From Opitutia bacterium (GTDB lineage: Bacteria > Verrucomicrobiota > Verrucomicrobiia > Opitutales > Opitutaceae): a stretch of 64,000 bases of DNA. Every line of letters begins with the position of its first letter. The first letter of the stretch is position 1. Where the stretch lies: positions 6,294 to 70,293 of the forward strand of contig CANGCX010000005.1 of NCBI GenBank assembly GCA_947452315.1. Reading direction: 5' to 3'. Below, piece after piece: positions 1-12,105 of the stretch. Below the pieces are notes generated by a model. It ran no database searches. It saw only the letters and a list, made by a program, of their open reading frames with translations, and was not told the DNA's origin. Both the position numbers and the translations under genes were made by a program.

Positions 1-864
1 GGTATGGGCGGTCGCTTGGATGCGACCAACATTGTTACTCCGGTCGTAAGCGTGATCACTTCTATCGGGCTAGATCACTGCGAAATGTTGGGCCACACCG
101 TCGAGCTGATCGCCGCGGAGAAAGCCGGGATTATCAAACCCGGGGTGCCGGTCGTGATGGGGCGCGTACCGCTGGCGGCGGAGCGTGTAATTCGCGCGCG
201 TGCGGCGGAATGCGGCTCACGTCTCGTCAGCGTGAGTGAGGTGTTTGGCGTGGAACTCGCGGCGTATCCGCCGACCAATCTGGAGGGTGATTATCAACGC
301 TGGAACGCGGCCACGGCCACGCTTGTTGCGCGCGAGTTAACTCTGCGTTGGTCGATCCGCGAGGCACAGATCGCGCGGGGCTTGCTGCACGTGGATTGGC
401 CGGGACGTTGGCAACGCATCCGCCTCGGTGGGCGGCTCGTTGTACTTGATGCTTCGCACAATCCCGAGGGCGCACAAATTCTTGAAACCAGTTTGGCGCA
501 TCTGGTGAAGGAGACGGGACGCGCGCCGATTGTGGTGACAGGTGTTTTGGGCGCGGTGCGTGCGCGACCGCTTTTGGAGACGATCAGCCGCTATGCGTCG
601 GAGATTCATTTTGTTGTGCCGCAGCAGGCTCGCGCGTGTGGCTATGCGGAAATGGAAGCGTTGGTGCCGGCGGAGTTCGCCGCGCGCGGCGGACGCATCG
701 TGCGTTCGAGCGTGGATACGATTTTCCCAGGAGCAGACCGGTGCAACGTGGGCGGTCCCGACGACGTTGTCGTCGTGACCGGCTCGATTTATCTGCTCGG
801 CGAGATCATGGCGAGGCTGGCGCCACAACGCGGCCCTGGTGAGGGCCGATTGCAGGATTTTTGA
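1..864 (+). CDS. folC: Folylpolyglutamate synthase / dihydrofolate synthase, C-terminal ~287 aa (5' end outside window)
   Basis: The frame is open from nt 1. It carries Mur-ligase/FolC-type motifs GGRLDATN, SIGLDH..LG, LDASHNPEGA and VVTGSIYLLGE. Stop at 862-864. Confidence 0.8.
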   Translation, partial: GMGGRLDATNIVTPVVSVITSIGLDHCEMLGHTVELIAAEKAGIIKPGVPVVMGRVPLAAERVIRARAAECGSRLVSVSEVFGVELAAYPPTNLEGDYQRWNAATATLVARELTLRWSIREAQIARGLLHVDWPGRWQRIRLGGRLVVLDASHNPEGAQILETSLAHLVKETGRAPIVVTGVLGAVRARPLLETISRYASEIHFVVPQQARACGYAEMEALVPAEFAARGGRIVRSSVDTIFPGADRCNVGGPDDVVVVTGSIYLLGEIMARLAPQRGPGEGRLQDF

Positions 865-886
865 ACCGCGGCGAGTTTCGCCCGGA

Positions 887-2431
887 TCAAACGAGTTTCA
901 CCAGATCAGCCGTGGCAGGCACGTCTTTGATGATCTGTGAGGGTTCGGGGCCAACGCCAAGGTAGCGGAGATTGGGTAGCTTATCGGTGCTGGGCCAAGA
1001 TTCGCCGGCGTAGGCGACATCGAGCGTGGCCTTCATCATCGCCGCGACGTAGCGTTGGGCGTTGCGCGGGAGTGCGGCAAAGTGGCGAACTTTTGAAATA
1101 TCCTCCGTCCATCCGGGATGCGCGGTGTAGACGGGCTTGAGTGTTTTGCGCACTGCCTCGTTGCGGGGGACGTGGCGGTAGATTTTGCCGCTAGCGTCTT
1201 GGTAAGAGGTGCAGATGAGCAAATCGCCCGACCACGCGCCGGAGTGCGTGAGTGCATCGGACTTGTTGATCATGACGTCTTGAAATCCGCCATAGCGGAG
1301 GGCGTCGCCTTTTTCTACGGCGTCGAACCAGCCGACCATGCGTTGGCGACCAGTGCTGGTGCCGAATTCGATTTGCTTGAGCTTAATGGCGAGCGGGTGT
1401 GCGTCGCCCATTTGCGTGAGGAAGGTGTGGGTGCCGACTTTGGTGTCGTAGGCTTTGGCAACGCCGAAGGTGTGGATGCGTTGCACAGGGATGCCGGCGC
1501 TCTCGAAGAACTCGGGGGTGTAAGTGTGCGAGGCAGTGACGTTGGGCGAGAAGCCGTGGCGCTTATCGAGCCAGTAGGCTTGGCCAAACTCGCCGATGAT
1601 GGTGCGGCCGGCATGGAGCTCGCGAAGAATCAACTCGCGGACTTCGCCGATGTTGGGCGCAAGGGCTACGCCTGCGGACCAGGTAACTTGCGTGAGGGCT
1701 TCGAGGTTGAGCGTGAACGGCGCTGCGCCGCGGAAGCGCGTGAAATCAAATTCTTCTTTGTTGAAAACCCCGAGTTCGATCCCTTCAGCATTCGCGCGGA
1801 GCTCGGCGGTGGTGAGTTTGTCGAAGAAACCAGCGAAGGTTTCGGGGCTGACGCGGCAGACGTGTTGGATGACACGGAGGGCACGGTCGGCGCGTTGGGC
1901 GAGTTTGCGCGCAAAGAAGTTGGGGCCAGCAAGGAAATCAGAGAATGTCATTTGCCACTGGCTGATTTCGTCGGCGTAAGCGGGCGTGATGCCGCGGCCA
2001 GTCGATCCGCGGGGTTCTTCGGCGAGGACCTTTTCGCGATAATCTTCCCAAGCAAGATCGAGGAGGCGATGCGTGAGGTCGGTGACCATTGTGCGCTCGT
2101 CGATCAGTAGGCGGGATAGAATGGCATGGCCTTTGAGTTCGAGTGGCTTTGTTTCCCACCAGATTTTGCGCGGATCGGCGACGACACCGGCGCCGATGCA
2201 AAGATGAGCCGCGTCGCGGACGACGACGCCGGCGGGCAGGAGGTTCAGTTTGACGCCGCCGGCGGTGTGGCCGGAGTTGGCGCCGCCGTTGACCTTGAGC
2301 ACGACGGAGACCGCGTGCGGAGTGCCACGAAGTTCGTCGGCGACCTCAGGAATGAGACGGCCTTTACCCTCGTCGCCTAGGGAGATACCGACATCGGCGA
2401 TGAGTTGGCTGGAAAAAGGGAGAAGTGACAT
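887..2431 (-). CDS. purA: Adenylosuccinate synthase, long divergent form (514 aa)
   Basis: The ordered PurA motif series is present: [47 protein letters not shown]. The track ORF reaches 2554, but its first 41 codons look non-coding. I chose the ATG at 2429-2431 (MSLLPFSS...). Confidence 0.7.
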   Translation of the reverse strand: MSLLPFSSQLIADVGISLGDEGKGRLIPEVADELRGTPHAVSVVLKVNGGANSGHTAGGVKLNLLPAGVVVRDAAHLCIGAGVVADPRKIWWETKPLELKGHAILSRLLIDERTMVTDLTHRLLDLAWEDYREKVLAEEPRGSTGRGITPAYADEISQWQMTFSDFLAGPNFFARKLAQRADRALRVIQHVCRVSPETFAGFFDKLTTAELRANAEGIELGVFNKEEFDFTRFRGAAPFTLNLEALTQVTWSAGVALAPNIGEVRELILRELHAGRTIIGEFGQAYWLDKRHGFSPNVTASHTYTPEFFESAGIPVQRIHTFGVAKAYDTKVGTHTFLTQMGDAHPLAIKLKQIEFGTSTGRQRMVGWFDAVEKGDALRYGGFQDVMINKSDALTHSGAWSGDLLICTSYQDASGKIYRHVPRNEAVRKTLKPVYTAHPGWTEDISKVRHFAALPRNAQRYVAAMMKATLDVAYAGESWPSTDKLPNLRYLGVGPEPSQIIKDVPATADLVKLV

Positions 2432-2560
2432 GGGTTGCAGTGCAACCGAGTCAGGCCCGTTGAGCGGAACGTCCCCTGTTGCCGAAAAGGAAAAGCGCGG
2501 AGGGAGGGGGGACGGCAAACAGAAAAACGGCCGGCCCGGGTTAGGTCCAATCAAGGCGCA

Positions 2561-3709
2561 TCACGACGCTGGAACAAAGACGGCGCACACGGGCGAAGGG
2601 ACATCGAGGCGTTGTTTGGTAGAAGTAAGTCGGCCGGTTTGGGGGTCGACGCGGAAGACTGTAACCGTGTTGGAGTCTTGGTTTTCTGTGATCAACCAAG
2701 TGCCGGTGGGGTCGAGGGTGAAGTGGCGCGGGGTTTGGCCAAGGGTGGGGACGCTTTCGATGTAGGTAAGTTCGCCGGATTTTTGGTCGATTAAGTAAAC
2801 AACGAGCGTGTTAGCGCCGCGATTGGAACCGTAGAGGAAGCGGCCGTTGGGGTGGACCTGGATTTCGGCGGTGCTGGTTCCTTTGGCCGTGGGGTTGCCG
2901 GGAGGAAGCGTTGAGATTGTTTGAAGGTGGGTGAGCGTGTCGGGAGCTTGGTATCGAAAGGCGTCGATGCTGCACACTAGCTCGTTGATTACGTAGGCAA
3001 AGGGTTGGACCGGATGGAAGGCGAGGTGACGAGGACCCGATCCGGGCTTGATCGTGGAGCCCTCGGTTACCGTGTGGCGCGTGAGTTTGCCGGTTGATGC
3101 TTCGAGAAGGTAACAAAATATCGTGTCGAGCCCGAGGTCTGGGACGAAAACGAAGCGGTTATCAGGCGAGGGATAGACTCCGTGCGGATGAGGGCCTTCT
3201 TGGCGATCAGGGTTAATACTTTTGCCCGAGTGGCGGATGAGCGAGGCCAGCGCGCCGAGTCGGCCGTCGGCGAGGAGGCTCACGGCGGAGACGCTGCCGC
3301 CGCCGTAATTAGCCACCAGCAGAGATTGGCCCTTGGCGTCCACCGCGAGGTGGCAGGCGCCAGAGCTGCCGGTGGAGATTTCGTTGAGCAAAGTGAGGGC
3401 GCCGCTGGTGGGGTTGAGCGCGTAGGCTTTGAGGCCTTTGCCGGGAGTGCGTTTTACGTCTGCGCTCTCGTCGATGGCGTAGAGAAACCGGCCGTTGGGA
3501 TGGAGAGCTAGGAACGCAGGGTCTTGGGCGGGTGCCGCGAGTTCGGCTGCGGAAAGCTGACCGGTGGGGACATTAAACCGCGAGCGGTAGATGCCTTTGC
3601 TCACCCCGGCGGTGTAGGTGCCAAAGTACACGAAGTAATCACCTTGGGTTGCAGCTTGGATCGAGGAGAGCATGACGCAAATGGAGAAAATTACGCGTAG
3701 CAGGTTCAT
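2561..3709 (-). CDS. Secreted lactonase, 7-bladed beta-propeller family (6-phosphogluconolactonase/YbhE-like)
   Basis: N-terminal signal peptide (MNLLRVIFSICVMLSSIQA). The typical start is YFVYFGTYT..GIY, followed by repeated propeller-blade patterns (HP.GRFLY, D.I..Y). ATG at 3709. Confidence 0.65.
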   Translation of the reverse strand: MNLLRVIFSICVMLSSIQAATQGDYFVYFGTYTAGVSKGIYRSRFNVPTGQLSAAELAAPAQDPAFLALHPNGRFLYAIDESADVKRTPGKGLKAYALNPTSGALTLLNEISTGSSGACHLAVDAKGQSLLVANYGGGSVSAVSLLADGRLGALASLIRHSGKSINPDRQEGPHPHGVYPSPDNRFVFVPDLGLDTIFCYLLEASTGKLTRHTVTEGSTIKPGSGPRHLAFHPVQPFAYVINELVCSIDAFRYQAPDTLTHLQTISTLPPGNPTAKGTSTAEIQVHPNGRFLYGSNRGANTLVVYLIDQKSGELTYIESVPTLGQTPRHFTLDPTGTWLITENQDSNTVTVFRVDPQTGRLTSTKQRLDVPSPVCAVFVPAS

Positions 3710-3721
3710 GGAAGTGGTGGT

Positions 3722-5359
3722 TTACCAACTAAGCTCAAGGACGCGGCCTGGAGTTAGCGGACGGCCGGTTTGAGTGCCGATGGGGCGGGTGTATTCTAGA
3801 ATGTAGAGTTTGGCGCCGACTTGGAGTAGATCGATGGGGCGAGCGAGTGGGGCGATGAACGTCTCGGTTCGGGCTTCGTAAAGGCCGTCGCGGTTTTTTT
3901 TCAGCTCGACGGTGAGGAGGTCGAAGCCGACGTCGGGTTGACCGAGAAAATTACCGAAACGCCCGAGAATAAATTTCCCGTGATAGGAGGCCGGCCAATC
4001 GGGACCGCAAAAAATCATGCCCGCGGGTGACGAGTGGTTATCAAAGGAGGCGAGGGGTCGATCGACGGAGCCACCACCCGCTGGGCCAATGTTGCGGAGA
4101 GCAGGTGTGAAGGTGAGCTCCTTAGGGGCTGTGGGGGTGTAGGGATAAGGTTTGGCGGTGGCGGGGGCGTCGCCAAATTGATAGGGAAAGCCATAGTGTT
4201 TGCCGCGCTCAACGAAATCGAGTTCTTCAGGGACGTTCGCGTCGGGGCCGTTACTGGCGGAAAATAATTCGCCGCGATCATTCCAAGCAAATGACCATGC
4301 GTTGCGGATCCCGCGGGCGAAGACCTCGATCTTAGGGGTATCGCTGCGTGGATCTATGCGCCAGATTGCGGCTGTAAATTCCGTTTCGCCGCCTTTCCAA
4401 TAAATCGAGGAGCGGCCCGCACCTCCACCGTCGGTTTCACCGCCATCGGTACGAGCGCCACTGCTCACGTACATAAATCCATCCGGCCCCTCGGCGATGT
4501 GGCCAACGCCGTGGTTGTAGTAGTTGTTACCCCACGGATAGCTCGTACTCAGCCAAGGTTTGAGCTCGGTGGGTTGGCCGGAGGCATTAAGCGGGGCTGA
4601 GCGGAAAATGATGACGCGGTTAAGATGGTGCGGCTTTTGGGGGAATTGCTGATTGGTGACCAAGTAGAGACGACGGGCGGAGTCGATGGTGAGGCCGAGT
4701 ACGGCTAAAGAACCGGCAGTAACTTCGGCATAATCTTTTGCAGCGAGGACGCGGTCGATTGTGCCAGTATCGGTATTTAGCCGATAAAGATCGCCGCCTT
4801 CGTTCAGCACGAGGAGCCAATTGACGCCGGGAATAGTGGCGAGGCGAACGCCGTTGGCTGGTAGTTGGGCTACTTCACGCAGACGAAACGCGGCGGGCAC
4901 TGCTGGCAATGGTGCAAAAGGATCCGGCTTTTGTTTAGATCCGGCGATAATTTCGGCACGTACTTTGGCGACTTCGGCGCTTGTCACGGCTTCTCCGGAG
5001 TTGCCCCAAGCATTGCGCACATAAGTGAGAATGGCCGCGGCTTGATCGTCATTGAGCGGCTGAAACAGGTTCATGACATTGTTGTACTCGACGCCATTGA
5101 CCTGGATCGGACCGCTGAGTCCTTGGAGTACAATCCGGATGCTGCGTGTTTTGTCGGCCATCAGATAATCTGACCGCGCTAGCGGCGGGAAAACCGACGC
5201 AATACCTTGGCCACTGGCCTCATGGCACACCGCGCAATGCACCTGAAACAATGTTGCACCCCAACCGCTGCTTGTCGTGTCTGCTGCTGCGGAGCTGTTG
5301 TGGCTGAGGCCGAGCAGCAGGGCGGCTGAAAACACGTGGAAAAGCGCCAGGGGTCGCAT
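3722..5359 (-). CDS. PQQ-dependent sugar (glucose/sorbosone-type) dehydrogenase with N-terminal c-type cytochrome domain, secreted
   Basis: Signal peptide from the internal ATG at 5359 (MRPLALFHVFSAALLLGL). Haem-binding CAVCH motif. Beta-propeller motifs GVGHIAEGPDGFMYVSSG and RGIRNAWSFAWNDRGELF. The longer track start (5608) overlaps the divergent tgt gene and was not used. Confidence 0.65.
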   Translation of the reverse strand: MRPLALFHVFSAALLLGLSHNSSAAADTTSSGWGATLFQVHCAVCHEASGQGIASVFPPLARSDYLMADKTRSIRIVLQGLSGPIQVNGVEYNNVMNLFQPLNDDQAAAILTYVRNAWGNSGEAVTSAEVAKVRAEIIAGSKQKPDPFAPLPAVPAAFRLREVAQLPANGVRLATIPGVNWLLVLNEGGDLYRLNTDTGTIDRVLAAKDYAEVTAGSLAVLGLTIDSARRLYLVTNQQFPQKPHHLNRVIIFRSAPLNASGQPTELKPWLSTSYPWGNNYYNHGVGHIAEGPDGFMYVSSGARTDGGETDGGGAGRSSIYWKGGETEFTAAIWRIDPRSDTPKIEVFARGIRNAWSFAWNDRGELFSASNGPDANVPEELDFVERGKHYGFPYQFGDAPATAKPYPYTPTAPKELTFTPALRNIGPAGGGSVDRPLASFDNHSSPAGMIFCGPDWPASYHGKFILGRFGNFLGQPDVGFDLLTVELKKNRDGLYEARTETFIAPLARPIDLLQVGAKLYILEYTRPIGTQTGRPLTPGRVLELSW

Positions 5360-5372
5360 CCATCTTGGATAA

Positions 5373-7538
<2,166 letters not shown>

Positions 7539-7560
7539 GCAGATGCCTAGCGCCGGTGAC

Positions 7561-9156
7561 TTAGTTTTTCCGCGTCGAAACTTCGATCACGTCGTGCGGG
7601 GCTGCTTCTTTTTGGCCGGCAGGGCTGACGCGGATATACCGGGCCTTGGAGCGGAGAGCGGGGAGCGTCGCGGCGCCCAGGTAGCCCATTCCGCTTTGTA
7701 CGCCGCCAATTAAGTTGTCGATCGTGTCATCGAGTGAACCACTGACTTCCTTGAGGGCTTCGATACCTTCGGCGGTGACCTTGCGGGCGGTGTCGTTTTT
7801 GTCGTGGCCGTAGCGGGCGGCGCTGCCGGCTTTCATCGCCGAGAGGCTACCCATACCGCGGTATTGTTTATAAACTTTGCCGCTTATCTCCATGATCTCG
7901 CCGGGAGCTTCGCGGCAGCCGGCCAAGATGCCGCCGCAGATGACGGCGTCGGCGAGGGTTAGGGCTTTCACGATGTCGCCTGATTTGGTGATGCCGCCGT
8001 CGGCGAGAAGTTTGACGCCCTTTTTCTTGGCGGCAGTGCTAGCGACGTAGAGCGCGGTAAGTTGTGGGATGCCAACGCCGGCGACGATACGCGTAGTGCA
8101 AATTGAGCCGGGGCCTTGGCCGATCTTGATGGCGTTAGCACCACAATCGGCGAGGAATTCGGTGCCGGCGGCGCTAGTTACGTTACCGGCTATGATGGTG
8201 AGATCAGGGAAGGCGGCGCGGACAAGTTTTACCATGTCGCCAACGCCGGCGGTGTGACCGTGGGCGGTGGATACGGCGACAGCGTCGATAGATTCGTCGA
8301 CGAGGTTACCGACGTGAGCTAGAATTTTTTCGCGATCGAGCGAGCCGTCAGGAAGGCGGATCGGGGAGAGGGCTGCGCCGACGACCAGGCGAAAATGTGC
8401 ATCGCGGGCGGGTTTGCGGCGGGCTTTGGCTTCTGTGGTGATACGCTCTACGTCGGAGGCGGTGATCAGCCCGCGCAGACGATCATCGGGGTCCACGACG
8501 AGCATTTTGTTAATACCGACGTTAGCGGTGAAGAAACGATCGGCGGCGGAGATCGGATCTTTGGCGGCGGCGGCGGCGGACTCAGTGATGAGTACGGCAC
8601 GCGGGGTCATCACTTCAGAGACGCGTTTGGATTTGTAGCGCTCCTTTACGACATTGCCGGAGAGGAGCCCGGCTAGACGTCCAGCAGCGTCTACAACCGG
8701 AAACGTGGAAAATGAGAAACGCTTGGCCTCGATCATGGCGAGGATGTCACCGATGAGCAAATCCGGTCCGACTGAAATGGGATCTTGGATGAGGCCGTGG
8801 ATGTGGCGTTTGACGCGGGCGACTTCTTTCACCTGCTCCTTGGCCGGCATATTATAGTGAATGAGGCCGAGGCCGCCATTGAGAGCCATGGCGATGGCCA
8901 TGCGGGACTCGGTGACCGTATCCATGTCCGAGGATATGATCGGAATATGTAGCCGGAGAGATTCGGACAGTGACGTGGCGGTGTCGGCAGACTTGGGCAG
9001 AATCTCGGAGTGGAGCGTGGCGAGGGAGACGTCGTCGAAGGTGAGTGCGGTGGGCAGGTTGGCGCGGAAGAAAGCGTCAGCCGGGAGATAAAATTCAGCG
9101 TCGGCCGCGGCGGCGTCGAGCGAGGAGGGCGTGGCAACCTGGGTCATGATTGCCAT
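7561..9156 (-). CDS. guaB: IMP dehydrogenase with CBS pair
   Basis: Motifs ALTFDDVSL, a CBS-pair region, the catalytic loop [20 protein letters not shown] and YRGMGS. Confidence 0.9.
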   Translation of the reverse strand: MAIMTQVATPSSLDAAAADAEFYLPADAFFRANLPTALTFDDVSLATLHSEILPKSADTATSLSESLRLHIPIISSDMDTVTESRMAIAMALNGGLGLIHYNMPAKEQVKEVARVKRHIHGLIQDPISVGPDLLIGDILAMIEAKRFSFSTFPVVDAAGRLAGLLSGNVVKERYKSKRVSEVMTPRAVLITESAAAAAKDPISAADRFFTANVGINKMLVVDPDDRLRGLITASDVERITTEAKARRKPARDAHFRLVVGAALSPIRLPDGSLDREKILAHVGNLVDESIDAVAVSTAHGHTAGVGDMVKLVRAAFPDLTIIAGNVTSAAGTEFLADCGANAIKIGQGPGSICTTRIVAGVGIPQLTALYVASTAAKKKGVKLLADGGITKSGDIVKALTLADAVICGGILAGCREAPGEIMEISGKVYKQYRGMGSLSAMKAGSAARYGHDKNDTARKVTAEGIEALKEVSGSLDDTIDNLIGGVQSGMGYLGAATLPALRSKARYIRVSPAGQKEAAPHDVIEVSTRKN

Positions 9157-9327
9157 GAACGGAGTAGGGCGAGAGGCGAAGAGCGCAAACAGAAATTCGG
9201 TTATTGGCTAAAATGTGGAAGAACTATGGCAGGCGGATCGGCGTGGGGGGCAGGGTGGAGCGCATGAAAGGAGTTGGTGCGCAGCGTTGCATTGGGGGTC
9301 GCGGTGGGTTTGTTGAACTAGGAATTT

Positions 9328-10338
9328 ATGCGACTTAGGTTTCAATTTCAGCGGTACCGGTTGGCGTTTCGCACGGCAGTGCGGACGGCCCATGGCGTGT
9401 GGACCGAGCGCGAAGGCCTCATAGTGCGATTCACAGATGAGGTGGGCCGAGTCGGTCTCGGCGAAGCGGCGTGTTTGCCGTGGTTTGGGACGGAGACCGT
9501 GGAAGCGGCGGAGGAGGCGGCGGGTAAATTCGGCGAGTGGATCGATTCTAAGCAGTTGGCGGAGGTGCCGATGAATTTAACATGTTTGCGCAACGCTATG
9601 GCGGCGGCTCAGGCGGTATGGACGGGCTCCATCGAAGGGCGAAATGATGCTCGCGGGGTCGCGGCGCTCTTGCCGGCTGGCCGCGCGGTGCTTGAAGCTA
9701 TCAGGCCGAAGGCAGAGGCGGGATTTCGCGTTTTTAAGTGGAAGGTTGGAGTTGGGGAACTGGCCGATGAACTCGGGCTTTTTGATGATGTTTGTGCCGC
9801 GTTGCCGAATGGGGCGAAGCTACGGCTTGATGCGAACGGCGCTTGGGACAGGCGTAAAGCCGAGCGTTGGTTAGAGCGTTGCGCGGAGCGGCCTGTGGAA
9901 TTTGTCGAACAGCCCGTAGCGGCTGATGCACGGGGTGCGGGTGATCTGTTGCGGGGCTTGGCAGAGGATTGGCCGACGCCGATTGCGCTCGATGAATCCT
10001 TGGCCAGCGACGTTGATATCGAACGCTGGATCGGCGATGGTTGGCGAGGCGTCTGGGTAGTGAAAACAAGTCTGTTGAGCGATGTCGTAGGCTCGCTGGC
10101 GCGACTTGAAAAAGCGCAGGCGCAGGTTGTTTTTTCCTCCGCGCTGGAGACGGCGGTGGGCGCTAAGGCGGCGCTGCAGTGGGCGATGTCCTGGTCGGGC
10201 GAACCGCGCGCCTTGGGCTTTGGCGTGTGGCCCTTGTTTCAAGATGCGCGCTGTGACGGGCCGTATGCTGCCCCGTTTATTCGGCCGGCGGATGTGGCGC
10301 GGATAGATACGGAGGCCGTATGGAACGCGATTCACTAA
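9328..10338 (+). CDS. menC: o-Succinylbenzoate synthase (enolase superfamily)
   Basis: Enolase-superfamily metal ligands in order: KLRLDANGAW, FVEQP, IALDES. The size (336 aa) and adjacency to menE fit MenC. Confidence 0.7.
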   Translation: MRLRFQFQRYRLAFRTAVRTAHGVWTEREGLIVRFTDEVGRVGLGEAACLPWFGTETVEAAEEAAGKFGEWIDSKQLAEVPMNLTCLRNAMAAAQAVWTGSIEGRNDARGVAALLPAGRAVLEAIRPKAEAGFRVFKWKVGVGELADELGLFDDVCAALPNGAKLRLDANGAWDRRKAERWLERCAERPVEFVEQPVAADARGAGDLLRGLAEDWPTPIALDESLASDVDIERWIGDGWRGVWVVKTSLLSDVVGSLARLEKAQAQVVFSSALETAVGAKAALQWAMSWSGEPRALGFGVWPLFQDARCDGPYAAPFIRPADVARIDTEAVWNAIH

Positions 10339-11453
10339 AAGCGATTGTGCGGGCGAGTGGTGGCGTGATTGAGTGCGGCGAGGTTTTTTTCCTTGGTGAT
10401 CCCAGTCTTGCGCCAGCTAGCAAAGAAGCGGCTAAACATTTACGCTCTGCTGCGGGAGATGCATCTGAGGCGATGGATCGCGGTTGGCTGCGCGTGGCGA
10501 CGGGCGGGACGAGTGGTGAACGCCGTTGGGCGCGACACGATGAGCGTACACTTACGGCGGCAGTGCGGGGATTTTGCACCTATTTTGGGTTCACGCGCGT
10601 GAACGCGGTGGATGTGTTGCCGGCGTATCATGTGAGCGGGTTAATGGCGCGGGTTCGGTGCGCAGAAACCGGAGGTCGGCACGTGGCTTGGTCGTGGAAA
10701 CGACTCGAGGCAGGTGAACGGCCTAAGCTCGATCCGACGCTGGGCGACTGGGTGCTTTCGCTCGTGCCGACACAAGTGCAGCGTTTGCTAGTTTCGCCGG
10801 AAGCAGTGGCGTGGCTGCGTGGTTTTAAGGTGATTTTTATCGGCGGCGGACCGGTGTGGCCTGAGTTGGCCGACTCTGCGGCGCGGGCGGGATTGCGACT
10901 TTCGTTAAGTTACGGGATGACCGAGACAGCGGCGATGGTGGCGGCGTTGCGACCGGAGGATTTTTTGGCGGGCGCGCGTAGTTGTGGCGGGGTGTTGCCG
11001 CATGCGAGGATTACGCTGGATGAGAACGGGCGCATCGGTATCGCCGGTGAATCGGTTTTTCTTGGTTACGGTTCGAGCGTGCGCGCGGAGAAAATTTTTT
11101 GGACGGAAGATCTGGGGCGCTGGGATGAGCGCGGGCATTTGGAGATATTGGGGCGGCGTGATGCGGTGATCATCACGGGCGGGAAAAAAGTGCAGCCGCA
11201 AGAAGTCGAGGCGGCGTTGCGGGCGAGCGGAGAATTTTCCGATGTCGCGGTGATCGGCGTGCCGGACGCGCAGTGGGGCGAGATCGTCGTGGCGTGTTAT
11301 CCGGCGCTCGGGCGCGAGCCGGATCTGGCGAGGGCTGTGGCGGGTTTAAGTGGGGCGATGAAGCCGAAGCGTTTTCTCGCGGTGGCGGATTGGCCGCACG
11401 CGGCGCTCGGAAAAATCAATCGCGCGCAGCTCAAAGTCTTGGCGTTAAAATAA
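10320..11453 (+). CDS. menE: o-Succinylbenzoate-CoA ligase-like adenylate-forming enzyme, short form (377 aa)
   Basis: Motifs ATGGTSG (degenerate P-loop), SYGMTETA, TEDLG, LEILGRRDAVIITGGKKVQPQEVE and a terminal GKINR. The start overlaps the menC end by 19 nt. Confidence 0.65.
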   Translation: MERDSLKAIVRASGGVIECGEVFFLGDPSLAPASKEAAKHLRSAAGDASEAMDRGWLRVATGGTSGERRWARHDERTLTAAVRGFCTYFGFTRVNAVDVLPAYHVSGLMARVRCAETGGRHVAWSWKRLEAGERPKLDPTLGDWVLSLVPTQVQRLLVSPEAVAWLRGFKVIFIGGGPVWPELADSAARAGLRLSLSYGMTETAAMVAALRPEDFLAGARSCGGVLPHARITLDENGRIGIAGESVFLGYGSSVRAEKIFWTEDLGRWDERGHLEILGRRDAVIITGGKKVQPQEVEAALRASGEFSDVAVIGVPDAQWGEIVVACYPALGREPDLARAVAGLSGAMKPKRFLAVADWPHAALGKINRAQLKVLALK

Positions 11454-11462
11454 GGGGTGCGC

Positions 11463-12071
11463 TCAAGCGGCGCCGCGGCGGATCAGGCCGACGACGACGC
11501 CTTGGGATTCCAGGCCGCGGGTGGGAATGATGTCGGCGTACCGGGCGTTGGCGGCCCGAAGGATCAGGCGACCGCCCTCGTGCACGAGGCGTTTAAGTGT
11601 GGTTTCGGTTTCATCGACTAAGGCGGCAATGATCTCGCCGGGGCGGGGCTCGCGGCGTTCGAGGGCGACGAGGTCGCCGTCCAAAATGTGGGCGTCGATC
11701 ATGGAGTCGCCGCGGACGCGAAGAAACCAGAAGTGGTCGGGGCGGGCGCGGCGGACACCGAAAAGAGTAGGATCCACGCTGATGGTTTCATCGGGTATCT
11801 GCTCTTGCATGGCGGGCAGACCGGCGGGGATAGAGCCATAGATAGGAGCTTCGAAGAGATGCGTTTGGACTCCGGCGGCTTTGAGGCCCCATTTACCGTC
11901 GGCGAGTTTCTCGAGTTGGCTTTTTTTGGCGAGGGCTCGCAGGTGGCCCATAACGGTGGCCTGGCTGGCTTCGAGTTGGCGACCGATCTGGCGAGTGGAT
12001 GGCGGTACGCCATGCGTGCGTTGGTGGGTTTTAACGAAGTCTAGAATCTGGTCTTGGCGTTCGGTGAGCAT
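11463..12071 (-). CDS. lexA: LexA repressor (S24 peptidase)
   Basis: N-terminal wHTH (LTERQDQILDFV...GVPPSTRQIG). A-G cleavage region and the GDSM Ser motif, followed by the Lys-containing C-terminal core. Confidence 0.9.
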   Translation of the reverse strand: MLTERQDQILDFVKTHQRTHGVPPSTRQIGRQLEASQATVMGHLRALAKKSQLEKLADGKWGLKAAGVQTHLFEAPIYGSIPAGLPAMQEQIPDETISVDPTLFGVRRARPDHFWFLRVRGDSMIDAHILDGDLVALERREPRPGEIIAALVDETETTLKRLVHEGGRLILRAANARYADIIPTRGLESQGVVVGLIRRGAA

Positions 12072-12075
12072 GGGA

Positions 12076-12105
12076 CGTTCGATTGAATGCCACTCATCTG
12101 AGTGG
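12076..12105 (-). promoter_or_regulatory. Candidate LexA operator region upstream of lexA (two abutting inverted repeats)
   Basis: Two elements read on the + strand. The first is CGTTC-GATT-GAATG (12076-12089), an imperfect GTTC-N4-GAAC-type palindrome. The second is the perfect CCACTCA-TC-TGAGTGG (12090-12105). Both lie within 35 nt of the lexA ATG. Confidence 0.35.

Noticed and set aside
1118-2110. 330-aa ORF on the + strand, antisense to purA. Similar long antisense ORFs occur at 6741-7514 (-), 35260-36190 (+), 58586-59323 (+) and 60632-61399 (-).
   Set aside because: These are typical shadow ORFs of GC-rich coding regions. Each lies entirely inside a gene with strong family motifs on the other strand. 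Their products are Arg/Ala/Gly/Pro-rich with no recognisable motif.
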